A stretch of DNA of 64,000 bases, taken from contig OZ024741.1 of assembly GCA_964016885.1 (NCBI GenBank), forward strand, positions 262,694,001-262,758,000, written 5' to 3'. The position numbers and the translations under genes are program-made. The stretch's first letter is position 1. Each line of letters starts with the position of its first letter. This DNA is from Eledone cirrhosa. Taxonomy: Eukaryota. Positions 53,763 through 64,000 of this stretch are shown here, piece by piece. Below the pieces are notes generated by a model. The model saw only the letters and a program-made list of their open reading frames with translations, was not told the origin of the DNA and made no database searches.

Positions 53763-56700
53763 GTTTCGCTTTACGAGTGTTTCGACTTACGAGTGTTTCG
53801 ACATACGAGTGTTTCGACTTCCGAATGTTTTTGCTTACGGGTGTTTCGACTTACGAATGTTACGGCTTACGAGTGTTTCGGCTTACGAGTCTTCCGACTT
53901 AGGAGTGTTTCGGCTTACGAGTGTTTCCGGCTTACGAGTGTTTCGACTTACGAGTGTTTCGACTTTCGAGTGTTTTGACTTACGGTGTTTCGGCTTACGA
54001 GTGATTCGACTTACGAGTGTTTTGACTTACGTGTGTTTTGACTTACGGGTGTTGTGAATTACCAGTGTTCCGATTTACGAGTGTTTTGACTTACGGTGTT
54101 TCGGCTTGCGAGTGCTTCGACTTACGAGTGTTTCGGCTTATGAGTGTTTCGACTTACTAATGTTTTTACTTACGAGTGTTTCGGCGTTCGAGTGTTTTGA
54201 CTTACGAGTGTTTCGACTTACGAGTGTTTTGACTTACGAATGTTTTGACTTACGGGTGTTTCGGCTTACGGGTGTTTCGACTTACGAGTGTTTCGACTTA
54301 TGAGTGTTTCGACTTACGAGTGTTCTGACTTACGAGTGTTCTGACTTACGAGTGTTCCGACTTACGAGTGTTTCGGTTTACGAGTGTTTCGACATACGAG
54401 TGTTTTGACTTACGGGTGTTTCGACTTACGGGTGTTTCGACTTACGAGTGTTTTGGCTTACGAGTGTTTCGACTTACTAATGTTTTTACTTACGAGTGTT
54501 TCGGTGTACGAATGTTTTGACTTAAGGATGTTTCGACTTACGAGTGTTTCGACTTACGAGTGTTTCGGCTTACGTGAGTTTCGACTTAAGAGTGTTCTGA
54601 TTTACGAGTGTTCTGACTTGCGGGTGTTCTGATTTACGAGTGTTCCGACTTACGAGTGTTTCGGCTTATGAGTGTTTCGACTTACGAGTGTTTCGGCTTA
54701 CGAGTGTTTCGACTTATGGGTGTTTCGACTTAAGAGTGTTTTTACTTACGGTGTTTCGGCTTACGAGTGTTTCGACATACGAGTGTTTTGACTTACGGGT
54801 GTTTCGGCTTACGAGTGTTTCGACTTACGAGTGTTTCGGCTTACGAGTGTTTCGACTTACTAATGTTTTTACTTACGAGTGTTTCGGCGTACGAGAGTTT
54901 TGACTTACGAGTGTTTCGACTTACGAGTGTTTTGACTTACGAATGTTTTGACTTACGGGTGTTTCGGCTTATGAGTGTTTCGACTTACGAGTCTTTCGGC
55001 TTACGAGTGTTTCGACTTACTAATGTTTTTACTTACGAGTGTTTCGGCGTACGACTGTTTCGACTTACGAGTGTTTCGACTTACGGGTGTTTTGACTTAC
55101 GGGTGTTTCGGCTTACGAGTGTTTCGACTTACGAGTGTTTTGACTTACGGGTGTTTCGACTTACGAGTATTTTTGGCTTACGAGTGTTTCGACTTACGAG
55201 TGTTTTGACTTACGAGTGTTCTGATTTACGGATGTTTCGACATACGAGTGTTTCGACTTACGAGTGTTTCGACTTATGAGTGTTTCGACTTACGAGTGTT
55301 TCGGCTTACGAGTGTTTCGACTTACGAGTGTTTTGACTTACGGTGTTTCGGCTTACGAGTGATTCGACTTACGAGTGTTTTGACTTACGGGTGATTTGAC
55401 TTACGGGTGTTGTGAATTACGAGTGTTCCGATTTACGAGTGTTTTGACTTACGATGTTTCGGCTTACGAGTGATTCGACTTACGAATGTTTTGACTTACG
55501 GGTGTTTCGGCTTGCGAGTGTTTCGACTTACGAGTCTTTCGGCTTATGGGTGTTTCGACTTACTAATGTTTTTACTTACGAGTGTTTCGGCGTACGAGTG
55601 TTTTGACTTACGAGTGTTTCGACTTACGAGTGTTTCGACTTACGAGTGTTTCGGCTTACGTGAGTTTCGACTTAAGAGTGTTCTGATTTACGAGTGTTCT
55701 GACTTGCGGGTGTTCTGATTTACGAGTGTTCCGACTTACGAGTGTTTCGGCTTATTAGTGTTTCGACTTACGAGTGTTTCGGCTTACGAGTGTTTCGACT
55801 TATGGGTGTTTCGACTTACGAGTGTTTTTACTTACGGTGTTTCGGCTTATGAGTGTTTCGACATACGAGTGTTTTGACTTGCGGGTGTTTCGACTTACGA
55901 GTGTTTTGACTTACGAATGTTTTGACTTACGGGTGTTTCGGCTTACGAGTGTTTCGACTTACGAGTGTTTCGGCTTACGAGTGTTTCGACTTACTAATGT
56001 TCTTACTTACGAGTGTTTCGGCGTACGAGAGTTTTGACTTACGAGTGTTTCGACTTACGAGTGTTTCGACTTACGAGTGTTTTGACTTACGAATGTTTTG
56101 ACTTACGGGTGTTTCGGCTTACGAGTGTTTCGACTTACGAGTCTTTCGGCTTACGAGTGTTTCGGCGTACGAGTGTTTCGACTTACGAGTGTTTCGACTT
56201 ACGGGTGTTTTGACTTACGGGTGTTTCGGCTTACGAGTGTTTTGACTTACGAGTGTTTTGACTTAAGGGTGTTTCGACTTACGAGTATTTTTGGCTTACG
56301 AGTGTTTCGACTTACGAGTGTTTTGACTTACGAGTGTTCTGATTTACGGATGTTTCGACATACGAGTGTTTCGACTTACGAGTGTTTCGACTTATGAGTG
56401 TTTCGACTTACGAGTGTTTCGGCTTATGAGTGTTTCGACTTACGAGTGCTTCGGCTTACGAGTGTTTCGACTTACGAGTATTTCGGCTTAAGAGTGTTTC
56501 GACGTACGAATGTTTTGGCTTACGAGTGTTTCGGCTTATGAGTGTTTCGGCTTACGAGTGTTTCGACTTACGAGTGTTTCGGCTTACGAGTGTTTCAGTG
56601 TTTCGGCTTACGTGTGTTTCGACTTACGAGTGTTTCGACTTACGACTGTTTCGGCTTACGAGTGTTTCGGCTTACGAGTGTTTTGACTCACGAGTGTTTT

Positions 56701-59692
56701 GACTTACGATTGTTTGGCTTACGAGTGTTCTGACTTACGGGTGTTCTGATTTACGAGTGTTCCGACTTACGAGTGTTTCGGCTTATGAGGGTTTCGACTT
56801 ACGAGTGCTTCGGCTTACGAGTGTTTCGACTTACGAGTGTTTCGGATTACGAGTGTTTCGACTTACGAGTGTTTCGACTTACGAGTGTTTTGACTTACGG
56901 TGTTTCGGCTTACGAGTGTTTCGACATACGAGTGTTTTGACGTACGGGTGTTTCGACTTACGGGTCTTTCGACTTAAGAGTGTTTCGACTTACGAGCGCT
57001 TCGACTTACGAGTGTTTCGACTTACGAGTGTTTCGGCGTATGAGTGTTTTGACTTATGAGTGTTTCGACTTACGAGTGTTTCGACTTACGAGTGTTTCGA
57101 CTTACGAGTGTTTCGGCTTACGAGTGTTTCGACTTACTAATATTTTTACTTACGAGTGTTTCGGCGTACGAGAGTTTTGACTTACGATTGTTTCGACTTA
57201 CGAGTGTTTCGACTTACGAGTGTTTCGACTTACGAGTATTTTGACTTACGAATGTTTTGACTTACGGGTGTTTCGGCTTACGAGTGTTTCGACTTACGAG
57301 TCTTTCGGCTTACGAGTGTTTCGACTTACTAATGTTTTTACTTACGAGTGTTTCGGCGTACGAGTGTTTCGACTTCCGAGTGTTTCGACTTACGGGTGTT
57401 TTGATTAACGGGTGTTTCGGCTTACGAGTGTTTTGACTTACGAGTGTTTTGACTTAAGGGTGTTTCGACTTACGAGTATTTTTGGCTTACGAGTGTTTCG
57501 ACTTACGAGTGTTTTGACTTACGAGTGTTCTGATTTACGGATGTTTCGACATACGAGTGTTTCGACTTACGAGTGTTTCGACTTATGAGTGTTTCGACTT
57601 ACGAGTGTTTCGACTTACGAGTGTTTCGGCTTATGATTGTTTCGACTTACGAGTGTTTTGACTTACGGTGTTTCAGCTTACGAGTGTTTCGACTTACGAG
57701 TGTTTTGACTTACGGGTGTTTTGACATACGAGTGTTTCGATACGAGTGTTCTGACTTACGAGTGTTCTGACTTACGAGTGTTTTGACTTACGAGTGTTCT
57801 GACTTACGAGTGTTCCGACTTACGAGTGTTCCGACTTACGAGTGTTTCGGCTAACGGGTGTTTCCTGCTTACGAGTGTTTCGACTTACGAGTGTTTTGAC
57901 TTACGGTGTTTCGGCTTACGAGTGATTCGACTTACGAGTGTTTTGACTTACGGGTGTTTTGACTTAAGGGTGTTGTGAATTACGAGTGTTCCGATTTACG
58001 AGTGTTTTGACTTACGGTGTTTCGGCTTACGAGTGATTCGACTTACGAATGTTTTGACTTACGGGTGTTTCGGCTTGCGAGTGTTTCGACTTACGAGTGT
58101 TTCGGCTTATGAGTGTTTCGACTTACTAATGTTTTTACTTACGAGTGTTCTGACTTACGAGTGTTCCGACTTACGAGTGTTCCGACTTACGAGTGTTTCG
58201 GCTTACGAGTGTTTCCGGCTTACGAGTGTTTCGACTTACGAGTGTTTCGACTTACGAGTGTTTTGACTTACGGTGTTTCGACTTACGAGTGATTCGACTT
58301 ACGAGTATTTTGACTTACGGCTGTTTTGACTTACGGGTGTTGTGAATTACGAGTGTTCCGATTTACGAGTGTTTTGACTTACGGTGTTTCGGCTTACGAG
58401 TGATTCGACTTACGAATGTTTTGACTTAAGGGTGTTTCGGCTTGCTAGTGTTTCGACTTACGAGTGTTTCGGCTTATGAGTGTTTCGACTTACTACTGTT
58501 TTTACTTACGAGTGTTTCGGCGTACGAGTGTTTTGACTTACGAGTGTTTCGACTTACGAGTGTTTCGAATTACGAGTGTTTCGGCTTACGTGAGTTTCGA
58601 CTTAAGAGTGTTCTGATTTACGAGTGTTCTGACTTGCGGGTGTTCTGATTTACGAGTGTTCCGACTTACGAGTGTTTCGGCTTATGAGTGTTTCGACTTA
58701 CGAGTGTTTCGGCTTACGAGTGTTTCGACTTATGGGTGTTTCGACATACGAGTGTTTTGACTTACGGGAGTTTCGACTTACGAGTGTTTTGACTTACGAA
58801 TGTTTTGACTTACGGGTGTTTCGGCTTACGAGTGTTTCGACTTACGAGTGTTTCGGCTTACGAGTGTTTCGACTTACTAATGTTCTTACTTACGAGTGTT
58901 TCGGCGTACGAGAGTTTTGACTTACGAGTGTTTCGACTTACGAGTGTTTCGACTTACGAGTCTTTCGGCTTACGAGTGTTTCGGCGTACGAGTGTTTCGA
59001 CTTACGAGTGTTTCGACTTACGGGTGTTTTGACTTACGGGTGTTTCGGCTTACGAGTGTTTCGGCTTATGATTGTTTCGAATTACGAGTGTTTTGACTTA
59101 CGGTGATTCAGCTTACGAGTGTTTCGACTTACGAGTGTTTTGACTTACGGGTGTTTTGACATACGAGTGTTTCGATACGTGTGTTCTGACTTACGAGTGT
59201 TCTGACTTACGAGTGTTTTGACTTACGAGTGTTCTGACTTACGAGTGTTCCGACTTACGAGTGTTCCGACTTACGAGTGTTTCGGCTTACGAGTGTTTCC
59301 GGCTTACGAGTGTTTCGACTTACGAGTGTTTTGACTTACGGTGTTTCGGCTTACGAGTGTTTCGACTTACTAATGTTTTTACTTACGAGTGTTTCGGCGT
59401 ACGAGAGTTTTGACTTACGAGTGTTTCGACTTACGAGTGTTTTGACTTACGAATGTTTTGACTTACGGGTGTTTCGGCTCATGAGTGTTTCGACTTACGA
59501 GTCTTTCGGCTTACGAGTGTTTCGACTTACTAATGTTTTTACTTACGAGTGTTTCGGCGTACGACTGTTTCGACTTACGAGTGTTTCGACTTACGGGTGT
59601 TTTGACTTACGGGTGTTTCGGCTTACGAGTGTTCCGACTTTACGAGTGTTTCGGCACACGAGTGTTTCGGCTTACGAGTGTTTCGACTTACG

Positions 59693-59760
59693 AAAATAAC
59701 ATATAGACGCGGTTTCAAATCTATGCTTTTCAAATTCATTACATTAATCTATATTTATAC
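59693..59760 (+). repeat. AT-rich element copy 21 (68 bp, CT deletion)
   Basis: Identical to copy 19, 7227 bp later. Confidence 0.96.
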
Positions 59761-60919
59761 GTTTCGCTTTAGGAGTGTTTCGACTTACGAGTGTTTCGAC
59801 ATTCGAGTGTTTCGACTTACGAATGTTTTTGCTTACGGGTGTTTCGACTTACGAATGTTTTTGCTTACGAGCGTTTCGGTTTACGAGTGTTCCGACTTAC
59901 GAGTGTTCCGACTTACGAGTGTTTCGTCTTACGAGTGTTTCCGGCTTACGAGTGTTTCGACTTACGAGTGTTTCGACTTACGAGTGTTTTGACTTACGGT
60001 GTTTCGGCTTACGAGTGATTAGACTTACGAGTGTTTTGACTAACGGTGTTTCAGCTTACGAGTGTTTCGACATACGAGTGTTTTGACTTACGGGTGTTTT
60101 GACATACGAGTGTTTCGATACGAGTGTTCTGACTTACGAGTGTTCTGACTTACGAGTGTTTTGACTTACGAGTGTTCTGACTTACGAGTGTTCCGACTTA
60201 CGAGTGTTCCGACTTACGAGTGTTTCGGCTTACGAGTGTTTCCGGCTTACGAGTGTTTCGACTTACGAGTGTTTTGACTTACGGTGTTTCGGCTTACGAG
60301 TGATTCGACTTACGAGTGTTTTGACTTACGGGTGTTTTGACTTACGGGTGTTGTGAATTACGAGTGTTCCGATTTACGAGTGTTTTGACTTACGGTGTTT
60401 CGGCTTACGAGTGATTCGACTTACGAATGTCTTGACTTACGGGTGTTTCGGCTTGCGAGTGTTTCGACTTACGAGTGTTTCGGCTTATGAGTGTTTCGAC
60501 TTACTAATGTTTTTACTTACGAGTGTTCTGACTTACGAGTGTTCTGACTTACGAGTGTTCTGACTTACGAGTGTTCTGATTTACGAGTGTTCCGACTTAC
60601 GAGTGTTTCGGCTTACGAGTGTTTCGGCTTACGAGTGTTTCGACTTACGAGTGTTTCGACTTACGAGTGTTCCGACTTACGGGTGTTTCGACTTACGAGT
60701 TGTTTGGCTTACGGTGTTTCGGCTTACGAGTGTTTCGAGTTACGAGTGTTTTGACATACGCGTGTTTTGACATACGAGTGTTTCGATACGAGTGTTCTGA
60801 CTTACGAGTGTTCTGACTTACGAGTGTTCTGACTTACGAGTGTTCTGACTTACGAGTGTTCCGACTTTACGAGTGTTTCGGCTCACGAGTGTTTCGGCTT
60901 ACGAGTGTTTCGACTTACG

Positions 60920-60989
60920 AAAATAACAAATAGACGCGGTTTCAAATCTCTATGATTTTCAAATTCATTACATTAATCTTTATTTATAC
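60920..60989 (+). repeat. AT-rich element copy 22 (ATGATTTTC variant)
   Basis: Direct match, 7227 bp after copy 20. Confidence 0.96.
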
Positions 60990-63900
60990 GTTTCGCTTTA
61001 CGAGTGTTTCGACTTACGAGTGTTTCGACATACGAGTGTTTCGACTTCCGAATGTTTTTGCTTACGGGTGTTTCGACTTACGAATGTTACGGCTTACGAG
61101 TGTTTCGGCTTACGAGTCTTCCGACTTAGGAGTGTTTCGGCTTACGAGTGTTTCCGGCTTACGAGTGTTTCGACTTACGAGTGTTTCGACTTTCGAGTGT
61201 TTTGACTTACGGTGTTTCGGCTTACGAGTGATTCGACTTACGAGCGTTTTGACTTACGTGTGTTTTGACTTACGGGTGTTGTGAATTACCAGTGTTCCGA
61301 TTTACGAGTGTTTTGACTTACGGTGTTTCGGCTTGCGAGTGTTTCGACTTACGAGTGTTTCGGCTTATGAGTGTTTCGACTTACTAATGTTTTTACTTAC
61401 GAGTGTTTCGGCGTTCGAGTGTTTTGACTTACGAGTGTTTCGACTTACGAGTGTTTTGACTTACGAATGTTTTGACTTACGGGTGTTTCGGCTTACGGGT
61501 GTTTCGACTTACGAGTGTTTCGACTTATGAGTGTTTCGACTTACGAGTGTTCTGACTTACGAGTGTTCTGACTTACGAGTGTTCCGACTTACGAGTGTTT
61601 CGGTTTACGAGTGTTTCGACATACGAGTGTTTTGACTTACGGGTGTTTCGACTTACGGGTGTTTCGACTTACGAGTGTTTTGGCTTACGAGTGTTTCGAC
61701 TTACTAATGTTTTTACTTACGAGTGTTTCGGTGTACGAATGTTTTGACTTAAGGATGTTTCGACTTACGAGTGTTTCGACTTACGAGTGTTTCGGCTTAC
61801 GTGAGTTTCGACTTAAGAGTGTTCTGATTTACGAGTGTTCTGACTTGCGGGTGTTCTGATTTACGAGTGTTCCGACTTACGAGTGTTTCGGCTTATGAGT
61901 GTTTCGACTTACGAGTGTTTCGGCTTACGAGTGTTTCGACTTATGGGTGTTTCGACTTAAGAGTGTTTTTACTTACGGTGTTTCGGCTTACGAGTGTTTC
62001 GACATACGAGTGTTTTGACTTACGGGTGTTTCGGCTTACGAGTGTTTCGACTTACGAGTGTTTCGGCTTACGAGTGTTTCGACTTACTAATGTTTTTACT
62101 TACGAGTGTTTCGGCGTACGAGAGTTTTGACTTACGAGTGTTTCGACTTACGAGTGTTTTGACTTACGAATGTTTTGACTTACGGGTGTTTCGGCTTATG
62201 AGTGTTTCGACTTACGAGTCTTTCGGCTTACGAGTGTTTCGACTTACTAATGTTTTTACTTACGAGTGTTTCGGCGTACGACTGTTTCGACTTACGTGTG
62301 TTTCGACTTACGGGTGTTTTGACTTACGGGTGTTTCGGCTTACGAGTGTTTCGACTTACGAGTGTTTTGACTTACGGGTGTTTCGACTTACGAGTATTTT
62401 TGGCTTACGAGTGTTTCGACTTACGAGTGTTTTGACTTACGAGTGTTCTGATTTACGGATGTTTCGACATACGAGTGTTTCGACTTACGAGTGTTTCGAC
62501 TTATGAGTGTTTCGACTTACGAGTGTTTCGGCTTACGAGTGTTTCGACTTACGAGTGTTTTGACTTACGGTGTTTCGGCTTACGAGTGATTCGACTTACG
62601 AGTGTTTTGACTTACGGGTGATTTGACTTACGGGTGTTGTGAATTACGAGTGTTCCGATTTACGAGTGTTTTGACTTACGATGTTTCGGCTTACGAGTGA
62701 TTCGACTTACGAATGTTTTGACTTACGGGTGTTTCGGCTTGCGAGTGTTTCGACTTACGAGTCTTTCGGCTTATGGGTGTTTCGACTTACTAATGTTTTT
62801 ACTTACGAGTGTTTCGGCGTACGAGTGTTTTGACTTACGAGTGTTTCGACTTACGAGTGTTTCGACTTACGAGTGTTTCGGCTTACGTGAGTTTCGACTT
62901 AAGAGTGTTCTGATTTACGAGTGTTCTGACTTGCGGGTGTTCTGATTTACGAGTGTTCCGACTTACGAGTGTTTCGGCTTATTATTGTTTCGACTTACGA
63001 GTGTTTCGGCTTACGAGTGTTTCGACTTATGGGTGTTTCGACTTACGAGTGTTTTTACTTACGGTGTTTCGGCTTATGAGTGTTTCGACATACGAGTGTT
63101 TTGACTTGCGGGTGTTTCGACTTACGAGTGTTTTGACTTACGAATGTTTTGACTTACGGGTGTTTCGGCTTACGAGTGTTTCGACTTACGAGTGTTTCGG
63201 CTTACGAGTGTTTCGACTTACTAATGTTCTTACTTACGAGTGTTTCGGCGTACGAGAGTTTTGACTTACGAGTGTTTCGACTTACGAGTGTTTCGACTTA
63301 CGAGTGTTTTGACTTACGAATGTTTTGACTTACGGGTGTTTCGGCTTACGAGTGTTTCGACTTACGAGTCTTTCGGCTTACGAGTGTTTCGACTTACTAA
63401 TGTTTTTACTTACGAGTGTTTCGGCGTACGAGTGTTTCGACTTACGAGTGTTTCGACTTACGGGTGTTTTGACTTACGGGTGTTTCGGCTTACGAGTGTT
63501 TTGACTTACGAGTGTTTTGACTTAAGGGTGTTTCGACTTACGAGTATTTTTGGCTTACGAGTGTTTCGACTTACGAGTGTTTTGACTTACGAGTGTTCTG
63601 ATTTACGGATGTTTCGACATACGAGTGTTTCGACTTACGAGTGTTTCGACTTATGAGTGTTTCGACTTACGAGTGTTTCGGCTTATGAGTGTTTCGACTT
63701 ACGAGTGCTTCGGCTTACGAGTGTTTCGACTTACGAGTATTTCGGCTTAAGAGTGTTTCGACGTACGAATGTTTTGGCTTACGAGTGTTTCGGCTTATGA
63801 GTGTTTCGGCTTACGAGTGTTTCGACTTACGAGTGTTTCGGCTTACGAGTGTTTCAGTGTTTCGGCTTACGTGTGTTTCGACTTACGAGTGTTTCGACTT

Positions 63901-64000
63901 ACGACTGTTTCGGCTTACGAGTGTTTCGGCTTACGAGTGTTTTGACTCACGAGTGTTTTGACTTACGATTGTTTGGCTTACGAGTGTTCTGACTTACGGG

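Larger units (their letters stand above)
33345..64000 (+). repeat. 16-bp tandem satellite, forward orientation, right block
   Basis: Same monomer continues to the window end. Confidence 0.99.
39290..64000 (+). repeat. Domain C higher-order repeat, 7,227-bp unit (first copy 6,285 bp), about 3.5 copies
   Basis: Identical variant strings at 46498/53725/60952, 47157/54384/61611 and 50346/57573 (offset 7227), and at 40213/46498 and 39880/46165 (offset 6285). Confidence 0.96.

Noticed and set aside
1689-60989. CRISPR-like repeat-spacer reading (constant 70-mer or 16-mer as the repeat)
   Set aside because: There are no unique spacers. The intervals are 0.9-6 kb of satellite, the 16-mers are directly adjacent, and there are no cas genes or leader.
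36-63992. Several hundred ORFs of 60-248 aa in the supplied track
   Set aside because: All are translations of the 16-bp repeat. They overlap in all three frames with the same peptide, are broken by frame-shifting indel monomers, and show no domain or codon signal.
1-64000. Telomerase-type telomeric repeat (TG-rich strand; the variant TACGGATGT recalls Candida-type repeats)
   Set aside because: Many inherited variants, kb-scale HORs, interspersed elements and an inversion point to recombinational amplification rather than templated synthesis. TACGGATGT is only a minor variant. A telomerase-independent terminal satellite cannot be excluded without positional data.

Overview
The whole 64 kb window is one non-coding satellite array built from a 16-bp monomer (consensus GACTTACGAGTGTTTC; 44% GC, two CpG and one TaqI site per unit; about 3,900 copies by length). 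It is probably eukaryotic heterochromatin, but the organism cannot be identified from the sequence. I found no supportable genes, RNA genes or CRISPR arrays. Every listed ORF is a read-out of the repeat (LRVFRLTSVSTYECFD). The array has clear internal structure. (1) A conserved ~70-bp AT-rich non-satellite element occurs 22 times in the forward orientation, nearly always behind the same series of monomer variants. (2) A single ~685-bp inverted block at ~32658-33344 starts at a fold-back junction and ends inside a truncated AT-rich element. (3) There are domains with distinct monomer variants and nested higher-order repeats (HORs): a 1.7-4.9 kb mosaic on the left, 7.6-8.1 kb units with 2.6 kb and 1.2 kb sub-repeats in the middle, and a 7,227-bp HOR on the right. 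The monomer core TCGACTTACGA resembles, from memory, the ends of pogo/Tigger (CENP-B-related) transposons, which suggests a transposon-derived satellite. That link is untested. Coordinates were read by eye and from ORF-track offsets, so domain boundaries are approximate.
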